Below, piece by piece: positions 14,639 through 25,321 of a stretch of DNA of 64,000 nucleotides. Within the stretch, counting starts at the first letter, position 1. Each line of letters starts with the position of its first letter. A program made the position numbers and the translations under genes. The notes beneath the pieces are model-generated. The model saw only the letters and a list, made by a program, of their open reading frames with translations, searched no databases and was not told the DNA's origin. This DNA comes from Promethearchaeota archaeon (lineage in GTDB: Archaea > Asgardarchaeota > Lokiarchaeia > Sigyniarchaeales > SOKP01): the NCBI GenBank assembly GCA_019894975.1, contig JAGXNO010000013.1, forward strand, positions 10,637 through 74,636, read 5' to 3'.

Positions 14639-15735
14639 CTAAAGCTTTTCTCCCTTGATTTCTTCTTCATATTGTTTTCTTTGCTCTTTCAAATATTCTG
14701 GTCTTGGGACATCCCACCAACCAACAGCAGGAGATCCAGTATAAGGATATTCTCTTTGAACTTTAATTTCAATAACTGCGGGTTTTTTTGATTTTGCTGC
14801 TCTTTCGAGAGCAGGTATGATTTCTTCTTTTTTGGAGATTTGCTCAGCATAGCATCCAAATGCTTCACCGATTTTTGCAAAATCAGGAGAATAACTTTTC
14901 CCATCTTTATATTCAAAAGCAGTTCCATAGCCTCGATCTTCCCCAAATGCAGCCTGTTGCAAGTCTTTTATCGCAATCCAACCATGATTATTAAGAACTA
15001 CAAAGAAAATGTTTTCCAGTCCTAGTTGTACGGCCATAGATAGCTCTGAAATTGTCATCATAAAATCACCATCCCCCACAAGCGCAACCACCTGTTGATT
15101 TGGATTACCGAGATCAATAACACCTAATTTGGCACCGATTGCTGCTGGAACGCTATATCCCATAGTTGAAAATCCTCCCGCGGTAAGACATGTTTTGGGT
15201 TTGTAAAATTCTAATTCTTGAAGCATTTGAGCTTGTACATTTCCAGAACTTGTTACCATGATTGCATCCTTGTCAAAAAATTTCCTAACTTCTCTTATTA
15301 CAGTAGAAATCATTACAGGAACTTTAGAATCATCCCGATTTTCTTCAACGAATTTAAACCATTTTTTTTTCTCTCAATTTCTTGTAGCACGCCTTTCCCT
15401 CTCATATGAACATGAGTATCTCCTGTTATTATAAGACAAGGAAAAGAATCAACAAAAGCATCAGCAACGCCAATCGCAGTATTGATTGCACCTGGACCAA
15501 TTGAAGTAAAAACACATAAAGGTTGTCCAGTAATTCTATAATATCCCACTGCGAGATGAACTCCGGACATTTCTTGTTTTGGTTGAATTAACTGAATTTT
15601 ATCCTTATCCTTGAAGAAGGCATCTACAAGAGGAAGGTTACCATGCCCTGGAATTCCGATGACATATTTAACACCTTCTTTAATAAGATACTTGGAGATA
15701 ATTTCTCCTCCTGTGTATTTAGACATTATAACCAT
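14639..15735 (-). pseudogene. TPP-dependent acetolactate-synthase-like enzyme, internally deleted and frameshifted (two fragments)
   Basis: N-terminal Pyr domain (GIPGHG, QEMSG, SIGPGAIN) jumps at a 9-T run (15362-15370) to the PP domain (GDGDF...NN) in another frame; middle domain absent. Confidence 0.75.
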
Positions 15736-15927
15736 TTTCTTTGATGTTTAGCATTATTATAATGTAATAAGGATAATAAGAAAAAAATAGTTAATGCAAT
15801 TAAAATTTGAATTAATAATAAAACTTAATTTGAAAATTCTTATGCCCTCTCTTTTTATAAGGTAATTAGCAAGAGATAGTCTTAAAGATTTATTAATAAA
15901 CACAGTTCTGTAGGACTAAGAAGAAAA

Positions 15928-17262
15928 TTGCCATCCACCTTAGAAAAGATACGGGTTTTAGGAGAAAACTCAAAATACGATATATGTGCTTCCACGGCTT
16001 CAACTAGAACAGATAAATACCCAAAGCTTTTTGGAAATACAAAAGAATGGATTGGAACTACAGCTAGTGCGGGGATTTGTCATAGTTATACACCTGATGG
16101 TCGATGCATGAGTTTATTCAAAACTCTATATACTAACAAATGTATTTATAATTGTAAGTATTGTTTTTCTAATACATGTAAACGAAAGATGAGTTTTACA
16201 CCTGAAGAATATGCTCGGACTTTTATGAAACTGTATTCGATGAATGTTGTTGAGGGGGTGTTTATATCATCAGGTATATGCGGGAGTGCTGATCAAACAA
16301 CTGAAGAAATGTTAGAAGCCATTCGATTACTTCGATTCAAATATAATTTTCGAGGATATGTACATTTTAAGTGCTTACCAGGTGCAAGTCAATATCTACT
16401 CAAAGAGGCAATATCTCTTTCTGATCGCATTTCAATTAATACAGAAGCTTCTTCTAAGGATTATCTTTCTGAAATTTCACCAGAAAAAGACTTCAAAAAT
16501 GATATAATAATGAGACAAAGCTGGTTAAAAAGTCTCCGTTTGAAGAATAACGAAGAATCTCTAAAAGAAATGAAAGATATGAAACAGGACACTATGTCTA
16601 AATTACAATTCCAAGAAAGAATGATAAAGGAAAGAAGAAAAAACGGATATAGGGCATTTCGCTGGGATGGAGCTCCAATTCTAAATAGTGGCCAAACAAC
16701 TCAGTTTGTTATTGGTGCTGCGGAATCAGAAACGGATCTAGATCTCTTAAATATGATAGATTGGCAATATCGTACTGTTGATATAAGGCGCGCCTATTTT
16801 TCAGCGTTTATTCCCATTGAAGGAACACCTCTGGGCAATAAAAAACCCGCTCCATTAGAAAGAGAACATAGGTTATATCAAGCAGATTGGCTTTTAAGAA
16901 TATATCATTATAAATTAAAAGATATAAAGGAAATTATCACTGAAGAGGGAAACTTACCGAAAGGGGATCCAAAACTCCATTTTGCAAGAGAGTATTTCAA
17001 ACATCATAATCTTGTAGATCCAAATAATGCTTCCTACCAAGAATTATTACGAGTTCCAGGAATTGGGCCAATTTCAGCAAAGAGGATTGTAAATTTACGT
17101 AAAGGTAATTATGAATTCAATCGCAGAGAAGATTTAAAATCTGTTGGTGTTGTTTTAAAAAGAGCTGATCCGTTTCTCAGAGTAAATGGTAGAAATCAAA
17201 AAACCCTATCGAGTTTCCTTGAGAATGAAATTTCAAAAGAGGTTCAAAACAGTATATCATGA
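15928..17262 (+). CDS. Putative DNA modification/repair radical SAM protein with HhH (TIGR03916-like)
   Basis: KYDICAS, GICHSYTPDGRC, CIYNCKYC, REHRLYQADWLLR, LLRVPGIG. Confidence 0.9.
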   Translation: MPSTLEKIRVLGENSKYDICASTASTRTDKYPKLFGNTKEWIGTTASAGICHSYTPDGRCMSLFKTLYTNKCIYNCKYCFSNTCKRKMSFTPEEYARTFMKLYSMNVVEGVFISSGICGSADQTTEEMLEAIRLLRFKYNFRGYVHFKCLPGASQYLLKEAISLSDRISINTEASSKDYLSEISPEKDFKNDIIMRQSWLKSLRLKNNEESLKEMKDMKQDTMSKLQFQERMIKERRKNGYRAFRWDGAPILNSGQTTQFVIGAAESETDLDLLNMIDWQYRTVDIRRAYFSAFIPIEGTPLGNKKPAPLEREHRLYQADWLLRIYHYKLKDIKEIITEEGNLPKGDPKLHFAREYFKHHNLVDPNNASYQELLRVPGIGPISAKRIVNLRKGNYEFNRREDLKSVGVVLKRADPFLRVNGRNQKTLSSFLENEISKEVQNSIS

Positions 17263-17963
17263 GCTGTAATAATTCTCAGGATCCACTTCAAGTGAATGGG
17301 CGTTCTAGAGGTTATTCAAAAAAAGAATTACTTGAATATCTTCCCCGTCATAGTGATTTCTCACCTATTCTTGTTCGAGAAATCAACAAATTACCTAATA
17401 TAATTTTACGTAATATGGGTACTCCTTTTGCTCGAAGGATTATTAAAATGGCTAAAGAAATCTCTCTTGAAGCATATCGTGCAATACAATTTACGCGAAC
17501 TGAAATTAATAACAGAGGAGTATTATATGGGACTGTGCTTCTCAAACATAAAGTAATGGATAGTGTCTTAAATTATTTCCATGAACGATGGCCTCAATGT
17601 ATAATCTGTTTATATAATGAGCATAGAAAAATAACAAGCATAATTAATGAGAAGGGAATTATTCAGGAATTTAAATTACCCCTCAATAATGTTGTTGAGA
17701 AAATTAGCAGCAACCGTCCAATTATATCTTATTTTGACGATATACAATTTTCTGGTAAAGAAATTTTCGAATCGTTATATGAATCTCAAAATATTATTGA
17801 GCGTGAAAATCCTCGATACTTTAAGAGTATGATCCCAGAGAAGTGTTATGAATTGCCTGGAATGAGAAATGGAATAGAAAAACGTTATATAGATAAACGT
17901 CATTCAGCTAAAACCAAAACTATTGATGATTTTTGCTATAAAAAAATACGTAAAAACAAATAG
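17259..17963 (+). CDS. DUF4130/TIGR03915-like partner protein
   Basis: Overlaps the radical SAM gene (ATGA); YFHERW and YESQNIIERENPRYFKSMIP resemble the DUF4130 C-terminus. Confidence 0.7.
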   Translation: MSCNNSQDPLQVNGRSRGYSKKELLEYLPRHSDFSPILVREINKLPNIILRNMGTPFARRIIKMAKEISLEAYRAIQFTRTEINNRGVLYGTVLLKHKVMDSVLNYFHERWPQCIICLYNEHRKITSIINEKGIIQEFKLPLNNVVEKISSNRPIISYFDDIQFSGKEIFESLYESQNIIERENPRYFKSMIPEKCYELPGMRNGIEKRYIDKRHSAKTKTIDDFCYKKIRKNK

Positions 17964-17995
17964 CTATCTGTTTTTTCTCCTTGAGCAAATTTCAT

Positions 17996-18772
17996 TCAAA
18001 TTATAGAAGCAAATAAGTCTTTTGCTGTTATATAAGCTTTGCTATCTACAGGTAACAACAGTAAATTTTCACCGATTAAATTCATTTTACTGATATCATC
18101 GCTATTTGACACAAATCCTAAGAGTTTCACATTTTGTTCAGTAATCGAAGCAACTTCCTTTTCTAAGATTTCTCTAACGTCCTGGGGAAATCGATTTCCG
18201 ACTATCCAAATATTTTCGAATAAAAGGTTTACTTCTTTGGTTATTTCTATTATCCGTTTCATGGTATGGAATCCCATTTTTGAAGGATCAGTCACGATGA
18301 CGAGATCTGTGACGTTTCTCCCCGTTTTTCGGGCAAAGTATTCTAATCCCGCAGGGGCATCGATGAGCACGAAATCATAATTCTTCGATAATATATCAAT
18401 AATGCGTTTCAAATAATTATTAATACTACAATAGCATCCTTCTCCTTCTCCCCGACCCATTTCTAAGATATCGAAACTATCCATTTCAATTAAAGCATCA
18501 AATACCTCAGATTCAACGATTTGGTCTTTTGAGACGTCGAGAGGGATTTTTCTCTCTTGAATTTTATGTTTAAACTCAGCCATTTTTCCCCCGACGGTTT
18601 CTTTGAAATTAATTTCTTTCCCAATGATATCACCGATATTGGCATCAGGATCGGCATCGATAACGAGGATATCAAGATTTTTATTTTTTTCAAGGAGATA
18701 TTTGAGCATCAAAACAAGGAGAGTCGACTTCCCAACTCCCCCCTTTCCAGAGAATGAGATAATTTTTTTCAT
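17996..18772 (-). CDS. cooC: CooC/AcsF nickel-insertion ATPase
   Basis: GKGGVGKS, IDADPDAN, GEGCYC, DAPAGLE. Confidence 0.88.
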   Translation of the reverse strand: MKKIISFSGKGGVGKSTLLVLMLKYLLEKNKNLDILVIDADPDANIGDIIGKEINFKETVGGKMAEFKHKIQERKIPLDVSKDQIVESEVFDALIEMDSFDILEMGRGEGEGCYCSINNYLKRIIDILSKNYDFVLIDAPAGLEYFARKTGRNVTDLVIVTDPSKMGFHTMKRIIEITKEVNLLFENIWIVGNRFPQDVREILEKEVASITEQNVKLLGFVSNSDDISKMNLIGENLLLLPVDSKAYITAKDLFASII

Positions 18773-18934
18773 GAATTACAGTTTAAAATTATTAATTTAT
18801 CGTTATTTAATGTAAATTGAACTAAAATTAAAAATATACTATAAATAATTAAAAAGAATTAGATGTTTTGTAGTAAGAAAAATTAACTTGTTTTACATAG
18901 AAATTAATAAATAATAGAAAAATAAGAAGAAATT

Positions 18935-19387
18935 ATGGTAATACGAGAAATTAAGAAAAATGAGATTGATAAGCTATTAAAATTATATACCCATCTCCAT
19001 CGGAAGGATGTTCCTCTGCCAGAAAAATCAAAATTAATAGCTATTTGGGAAGAAATCACCACTGATCCGCGATTACATTACTTTGTTTTAGAAATTGATA
19101 ATGAACTTGTATCTTCTTGTACGCTTTCTATTATCCCTAATTTAACCCGGGGAGGACGCCCGTATGGTTTGATTGAAAACGTGGTAACCCATGCTGAGTA
19201 TCGCAGACGTGGATTTGGAACTTCAATTCTCCAACACGCCCTTGAAAAAGCTTGGGAACATATTTGTTATAAAGTCATGTTATTAACAGGCTCAAAAGAT
19301 CCTGCAATTCATCAATTTTATGAAAAGACAGGATTTCAAAAGGGATTAAAAACAGGGTTTGTAGCAAACGCGCCTGATTATTCATAA
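18935..19387 (+). CDS. GNAT acetyltransferase (GNA1-like)
   Basis: IENVVT...YRRRGFG, CYKVML, FYEK. Confidence 0.85.
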   Translation: MVIREIKKNEIDKLLKLYTHLHRKDVPLPEKSKLIAIWEEITTDPRLHYFVLEIDNELVSSCTLSIIPNLTRGGRPYGLIENVVTHAEYRRRGFGTSILQHALEKAWEHICYKVMLLTGSKDPAIHQFYEKTGFQKGLKTGFVANAPDYS

Positions 19388-19400
19388 TTGGAGTGATAAA

Positions 19401-20078
19401 ATTCTGGAAAATGTAAGTGGAAAAAGAAAGATTAAAGGAATAATTTTTGATTTTGATTTCACTTTAGCAGATTCATCAAGAGGGGTGGTAGAATGTGTAA
19501 ATTATGCTTTAAAAGAGCTGGGTTTTTCTGAGGTTGCAGAAAAAGAGATTTTTATTACAATAGGGCTTACTCTTGAACACACGCTCATAAAATTGGTAGG
19601 AGAAAACAATGTTGAAAAAACGGAGGAATTCAAAAATCTATTTATCAAAAGAGCGGATGAGGTAATGGCAGATTTAACTATAGTATTTAATGAGACCCCC
19701 ACTATTATCAAAAAGTTAAATGAAAAAACAATAAAGTTAGCTATTGTTTCTACCAAATTTAGATATAGAATAGAGGATATATTGCGAAGAGAAAATCTCT
19801 TAAATTATTTTGATGTTATTATAGGAGGTGAGGATGTTTCATCCCTTAAACCTGATCCAACTGGGTTGAAATTAGCTATTGAAAAATTGGAGTTGAATTC
19901 TTCAGAGGTTTTCTATATAGGTGACAGTATAACCGATGCAAAAACGGCTTATAATGCGGATATTCTTTTTATTGCTGTTCTTTCAGGGGTTACTTCTGAG
20001 AGAGACTTTGGTGAATTCCAAGTAGAATATTTTCTTAAAGATATCTCTGAATTGCCAGAAATATTGTTTAATAAGTAA
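19401..20078 (+). CDS. HAD family phosphatase (PGPase-like); non-canonical start likely
   Basis: Motif I IFDFDFTL lies in frame upstream of GTG 19485; KPDP and IGDS motifs; GGAGTGA SD precedes ATT 19401/CTG 19404. Confidence 0.85.
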   Translation: MLENVSGKRKIKGIIFDFDFTLADSSRGVVECVNYALKELGFSEVAEKEIFITIGLTLEHTLIKLVGENNVEKTEEFKNLFIKRADEVMADLTIVFNETPTIIKKLNEKTIKLAIVSTKFRYRIEDILRRENLLNYFDVIIGGEDVSSLKPDPTGLKLAIEKLELNSSEVFYIGDSITDAKTAYNADILFIAVLSGVTSERDFGEFQVEYFLKDISELPEILFNK

Positions 20079-20113
20079 GAAATAGAATTTAATTAAATTT
20101 TTCAAGAAGATTT

Positions 20114-20917
20114 TTATTCTTGTCGATAAACTGGGACAATTTTGCTTGTGAATTCAGTCAAATCATAATCAAATTCTTCTTCACTAGCAATCTTCCCTAA
20201 TTCCAGTAATATATGTCTAGCTAAGAGCCAAAAAGCTAATCCCAGTGCCTTTTTACCTCGATTATTTGCTGGAACTGCTAGATCTATGCCATTAAGAGTA
20301 TCATCAGTATCAAAAAGAGCAACAACGGGAACACGTGCTAATTTTGCTTCTCTTAAAATTACTTTATCCGCATGGGGATCAACAATTACAACAACACTAG
20401 CATCCTTTATGTATGTACCTATAAGTGGATTAGTCAAACTTCCAGGAATAAATCGAGTTGTCACTTCTTTACATCCCAAGACTTCACAGAATTTTTTAAC
20501 TGGTTCTTTTCCGTATCTTCGTACAGAAGTAACAATTACCCTATCACTCCCTTCTTCAATATACTTGCTTAAGAACTTCGCAGCAATCTTTAATCTTTCA
20601 TCTGTTTTAGTTAAGTCAATAACATACAACCCATAGTTGGTTTGTCTATAGATAAATCTTCGGGCATCACCAGTTAACAGTTTAGTACCAATATGGATAC
20701 CACAACTTAAATAGAGTTGTTTTCTTTCCTCATCTTTATCAACGAGTTCCTCTCTTAATTCTATTCCTGCCTCTATGTCTTCAGTATCTAATAACTCCAG
20801 TTCTTCCTCTAGATCCAAATCTTCTTCAAAATCTATTTCAAGAGTTTCTTCAAAGTCTTCTAATGTCTCGTCTTTCTTTTCACTTTCTTCTTCGGTCTTT
20901 TTCTTTTTCCTAGCCAA
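20114..20917 (-). CDS. rps2: 30S ribosomal protein uS2 with acidic N-terminal extension
   Basis: GIHIGTK, RFIPGSLTNP, PANNRGKKAL. Confidence 0.95.
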   Translation of the reverse strand: MARKKKKTEEESEKKDETLEDFEETLEIDFEEDLDLEEELELLDTEDIEAGIELREELVDKDEERKQLYLSCGIHIGTKLLTGDARRFIYRQTNYGLYVIDLTKTDERLKIAAKFLSKYIEEGSDRVIVTSVRRYGKEPVKKFCEVLGCKEVTTRFIPGSLTNPLIGTYIKDASVVVIVDPHADKVILREAKLARVPVVALFDTDDTLNGIDLAVPANNRGKKALGLAFWLLARHILLELGKIASEEEFDYDLTEFTSKIVPVYRQE

Positions 20918-21141
20918 TATAGAACCCTTATTTATTTTATATGTATATCTATTTTAAAATTGAAAGTAATACTTTCAACTAATTATGAATACTTGAGTAA
21001 ATACATTATAACTTTAATATTTTATCGAGAGGAAGTTTCTAATTAATTCAGAACTTAGGAATTACTAATAACAAAAATGATTTTAATTATTATTCAATCA
21101 CAATAATAATATATGAAATTAAATTTATGCTAGTTTAAATC

Positions 21142-21630
21142 ATGGCTTCCTACCGTTTGATTTTTGGGATTATCATAGGTATTATTTTAAGCTTTTTCAG
21201 TGTGTTCTTCTTTAACATGACAGGGGTTATTACTCAAATAAAGCAATATGTTGGATCTGATACTATCAAAGCTGCTTCACTATTAGTAGGTGCTAATTTT
21301 GATTTTGACATGATTTCATTTTTTACAAGCAACCCCACAATTCTTGGTTTCTTTGCCCCAGAATTGTTAGCATGGATTTTCTTAGGATTTTTAAGTGGCG
21401 CTATAGCAAAAGGTACAAAAAGAGGAGTAGTAACAGGATTACTAATTGTTGTAATCGATGTATTATTATGGATCATATTCAGCATCGTTTCTGGTGAGGA
21501 TTTAATGGCTCTATTTCAAGACACACAATTATCTGAGACTTTAGGTGGGATAATAAGCGCAATTTTGGGAGCTTTTATAGGAGGAGGACTTGGAGGTTTA
21601 ATCAGCGGACCATATGAAGAATTTTATTAA
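21142..21630 (+). CDS. Hypothetical membrane protein (about 4 TM, Gly-rich)
   Basis: Hydrophobic segments with GxxxG motifs. Confidence 0.65.
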   Translation: MASYRLIFGIIIGIILSFFSVFFFNMTGVITQIKQYVGSDTIKAASLLVGANFDFDMISFFTSNPTILGFFAPELLAWIFLGFLSGAIAKGTKRGVVTGLLIVVIDVLLWIIFSIVSGEDLMALFQDTQLSETLGGIISAILGAFIGGGLGGLISGPYEEFY

Positions 21631-21814
21631 AAGTAATTACCATTTTTCTATTTTTTTCTAAAATAATTTACCAATATTCATGAAATAGCTCTAAGAATAT
21701 AGATTTACCTCCTTTTTTCAAACTATATACCAAAATAAATAAGTTAATTATCGTACGGGATACCCATTTTTTTATACGTAAAACTTAAAGTAAATTGTCA
21801 TCTTATAAAATTTA

Positions 21815-22351
21815 ATGGACCGGAAAGAAGATATTTTACCAGATCGAGATTATGTAATCGATCTTCTTAGAACGCTGAAAATTCCGCATTCAGTTCGTCG
21901 ACATTCTGAAAAAGTGGCCATTAAAGCTTTAGAAATAGCAAATAAAATAACTAAAGCTAAAGTTGATGTAAATTTAGTGGAAATTGGTGCACTTTTACAT
22001 GATATTGGTAGAACAAAGACACATGGGTTTAAACACGCCTTAATTGGAGGGAAGATTCTAAGAAAAAGAGGTTTTTCTGAGCGACTTGCTAGAATCTGTG
22101 AAACTCATATTTTGGGAGGCTTAGATTTAGAAGATGCCAAGATATTTGGTCTTCCTGAGAAAGAATATCTACCAATTTCATTAGAAGAAAAAATAATATG
22201 TTTAGCAGACAAACATATGGCAGGAACAAATGAAGTTTCAATAACCGAAAGGTTTAATCGCTGGTTTCAAAAGTATGGGAGAAGCCAGATTTTGTTGAAA
22301 TCTAAGAAACGCATTGAAAAAATCCAGGAAGAAATTGAAGGATTAATGTAA
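21815..22351 (+). CDS. HDIG-domain metal-dependent phosphohydrolase
   Basis: RRHS, LLHDIG, ETH, LADK. Confidence 0.88.
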   Translation: MDRKEDILPDRDYVIDLLRTLKIPHSVRRHSEKVAIKALEIANKITKAKVDVNLVEIGALLHDIGRTKTHGFKHALIGGKILRKRGFSERLARICETHILGGLDLEDAKIFGLPEKEYLPISLEEKIICLADKHMAGTNEVSITERFNRWFQKYGRSQILLKSKKRIEKIQEEIEGLM

Positions 22352-22843
22352 TAATTTCTTCTTTAACTGGTTTATTATTCCTCCTTCTTTTAGTATATTG
22401 GTTAGAAAATCTGGTAATCTATCAAAATTCAATTCAAAATTTTTGGTTTTATTGAGAATCCTACCTTTATTTAATGTAATCTCTATATGATCACCGTGAG
22501 AAAAGTTTTCTTCATTCCAATTTAATTGTATCCCTGGAATTCCTAAGTTAATTAGATTTCGAAAATAAATTCGAGCAAATGATTTTGCAATTATCGCTTT
22601 TACTCCAAGTATCTTAAATACATTAACAGCTTCTTCCCGTGAACTACCAGTGCCAAAATTCCCCCCAGCAATGATAATATTTTCTTTTACCACTGTATTT
22701 GCAAAATTCGGATCGATGTATTTCAATGTATTCTTAGCCATCTCAGTAGTATCTCTTAGGGTTAAGGTATCAGATGGAACAATGTCATCCGTATTGATGT
22801 CATCCCCTAGGATATATACATAACCTTGAATTGTATCAATCAA
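22343..22843 (-). CDS. leuD: Isopropylmalate dehydratase/homoaconitase small subunit
   Basis: DDINTDDI, NFGTGSSRE, SFARIYFRN. Confidence 0.88.
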   Translation of the reverse strand: MIDTIQGYVYILGDDINTDDIVPSDTLTLRDTTEMAKNTLKYIDPNFANTVVKENIIIAGGNFGTGSSREEAVNVFKILGVKAIIAKSFARIYFRNLINLGIPGIQLNWNEENFSHGDHIEITLNKGRILNKTKNFELNFDRLPDFLTNILKEGGIINQLKKKLLH

Positions 22844-24103
22844 TTATAGTACCTCCCTTGGATCTGTTATTTTTCCATATAACGCTGAAGCTGCGATCGT
22901 TGCGGGAGACGCTAAGTAAACTTGTGAACTTGGTGCTCCCATTCTCCCTACAAAATTACGATTTGAACTACTAATACAAACTTCCTCAGGTCCAAGTACC
23001 CCTAAATGACCTCCTATGCATGGGCCACATGTGGAATGTCCAACTATTGCTCCAGAGTTCAAAAAGATTTCAATTAAGCCTTCACTTAGCATCTCCTTAT
23101 AAATTTCAGTTGATGCAGGGATAATAATTAATCGCGTTTTCGAATCAATTTTTTTTCCTCTAAGAATTTTTGCGGCTATACGGAAATCTTCCATTCTTCC
23201 ATTGGTACAACTTCCAATAAAAGCTTGATCAATCTCAATACCCACTTGGTCTTCAATTTTAGCAAGATTTCCTGGGTTTGAAGGTTTTGCAACAACAGGA
23301 GTAATCTCTGAAAGATCAAAGTCAAATTCTTTTTCATAGGTAGCTGATTTATCGGGGTACACATATTTATAAGGCGGTTGAGTCCTTTTTCCTAACCATT
23401 TTGTTAATTTCTCATCTGGTAAAAAGATCCCAAATTTAGCTCCAGCTTCAACAACCATGTTTGTAATTGTCATTCTCCCATCGATTGAAATCTGTTTGAT
23501 TCCTTCACCATGAAATTCCAATGATTTATAGATAGCACCTTTCGTTGATAGTTGACCTATCAGGGTTAAAATAAAATCTTTTGACATAACACCATGATTT
23601 AATTCGTTTGTAAGGTTTATTTTAAAAGATTCTGGTACCTTAAACCATAAATTCCCTGTTGCGAAGACGACTGATACGTCGGTAGCACCAATACCCGTAG
23701 AGAGACAATTAAAGGCACCATATGTTGTTGTGTGACTATCAGATCCCACTATCAGCATTCCAGGTTTGGAGAAACCCATTTCTGGTAAAACTTGATGGCA
23801 TATTCCTTTATTCATTCCGATATTGTGAATGAATTTATATTTTTCCGCAAAATTTCTACAATCTTGATGCATTTCTGCTGCGGAAATTGTAGGGGCTGGA
23901 ACCCAGTGATCAAGGATAAAAAAAATTTTATTTGGATCCCACACATAATCTAAGCCTAATTTCTCATATTCCCTATGAATTCGTCCTCCCAATTGCTCAT
24001 GAACCATTATTAGATCGATTTCACATTCAATAAACTGTCCTGGAACCACATCCTTGTGATTTGAATGATCTGATAATATTTTTTCAGCTATTGTATAACT
24101 CAT
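22844..24103 (-). CDS. leuC: Isopropylmalate dehydratase/homoaconitase large subunit
   Basis: GICHQ, DSHTTT, IGSCTNGR, CGPC, SNRNFVGRMG. Confidence 0.9.
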   Translation of the reverse strand: MSYTIAEKILSDHSNHKDVVPGQFIECEIDLIMVHEQLGGRIHREYEKLGLDYVWDPNKIFFILDHWVPAPTISAAEMHQDCRNFAEKYKFIHNIGMNKGICHQVLPEMGFSKPGMLIVGSDSHTTTYGAFNCLSTGIGATDVSVVFATGNLWFKVPESFKINLTNELNHGVMSKDFILTLIGQLSTKGAIYKSLEFHGEGIKQISIDGRMTITNMVVEAGAKFGIFLPDEKLTKWLGKRTQPPYKYVYPDKSATYEKEFDFDLSEITPVVAKPSNPGNLAKIEDQVGIEIDQAFIGSCTNGRMEDFRIAAKILRGKKIDSKTRLIIIPASTEIYKEMLSEGLIEIFLNSGAIVGHSTCGPCIGGHLGVLGPEEVCISSSNRNFVGRMGAPSSQVYLASPATIAASALYGKITDPREVL

Positions 24104-24109
24104 TATTCC

Positions 24110-24508
24110 TCACTCACATACTAATTGTTCATTTTTACACAGAATCTCAAAATCATTATCAAGCATTGATATGGGCTTGCAGATTATTAAAGATGCTTCG
24201 TGTAAAACTTTAGGATCAACCTTATCTGGAGTATCAATCTTATTGTGTGTGTATTTTCCAGCATCCCTAGTGACGATATCCACAGAATGATTTTTTCTCA
24301 AATGAAAAGGGACTGAATCTGTATGAGCTCCAGTAGACAGATGAAATCCGCTTATCTTTATATTTTCTTTGAGAGCAGCTTCATCTAAATACTTACTAAG
24401 AAGTGGTGCTATTTTTTTTCTTGGCAAGACACCATATGACTCTAAATATTCCACTCTATTTCTCGAACTTCCCGCACATGATATCATATCTAAATTAATA
24501 TGAAAAAT
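24110..24508 (-). pseudogene. C-terminal fragment of an M28 peptidase
   Basis: HINLDMI, TDSVPF, YTHNKIDTPDKVD; the N-terminal metal ligands are absent and a stop lies just upstream. Confidence 0.65.
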
Positions 24509-24523
24509 TTATGTTTTATTACT

Positions 24524-25132
24524 TTATTTCTTAATTATTCCTAATTTTTCTAACACTATGTTTTGAATCTTTTCTTGAACAAATTCAATAATTTCATTAG
24601 AATTAATTACATAATATCCTTCTTGCTTTGCTCGGGAAAGATAGAGATCCCTTACCTTATCTAAAAATGTAGTATCTTCAAATTTTTCTAAATCTTGATC
24701 AGTTTTTCGGGCTAATGCTATTTTCGGGTCTATATCCAAGATTATGGTTAAATCTGGGAGGCCTACAAATTTATTTAATTTTTTTATCCATTCTATGGTA
24801 ATGCGATCAGCCTGCAGAGATTGATAAATTATAGAAGATTCAATATAGCGATCAGAGATTACAATGTATTCCTCATCTAATTTTTTCTTAATCTCATTAT
24901 GATAGTGAAGATCTCTATCTGCTGCAAATAACAATGCATCTGTGGTAGGGGGAATTTCTTTATTCTTCAAATATTTCCTAAGTAAAATTCCAATTTCACT
25001 TTTTGATGGTTCACGAGTTAGATGGACTTTAAATCCTTTATATTCTAAAAAACTCGCGAGAAGTTGGCTGTGGGTAGTAGTGCCCGAACCATCAACTCCA
25101 TCTAATACAATAAAAAAAGAATTTAGTGTCAA
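24524..25132 (-). CDS. tmk: Thymidylate kinase
   Basis: DGVDGSGTTT, TREP, LLFAADR, SDRY. Confidence 0.92.
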   Translation of the reverse strand: MTLNSFFIVLDGVDGSGTTTHSQLLASFLEYKGFKVHLTREPSKSEIGILLRKYLKNKEIPPTTDALLFAADRDLHYHNEIKKKLDEEYIVISDRYIESSIIYQSLQADRITIEWIKKLNKFVGLPDLTIILDIDPKIALARKTDQDLEKFEDTTFLDKVRDLYLSRAKQEGYYVINSNEIIEFVQEKIQNIVLEKLGIIKK

Positions 25133-25321
25133 AATTCTGTAAGACTCTTAGTTTTACTCAATCGATTTTAGCAAATTATAAATCAATAAGGAGTTATTGG
25201 TTTTAATTTTAATGAACTGAAATTATTAAAAATTTAACAAATAAAAAAAACAGATATAACCCTCCCAAAAAGATTAAAATGATTAAATATTCCAAAGAGA
25301 AATAAACTGATGAAATAAAAA

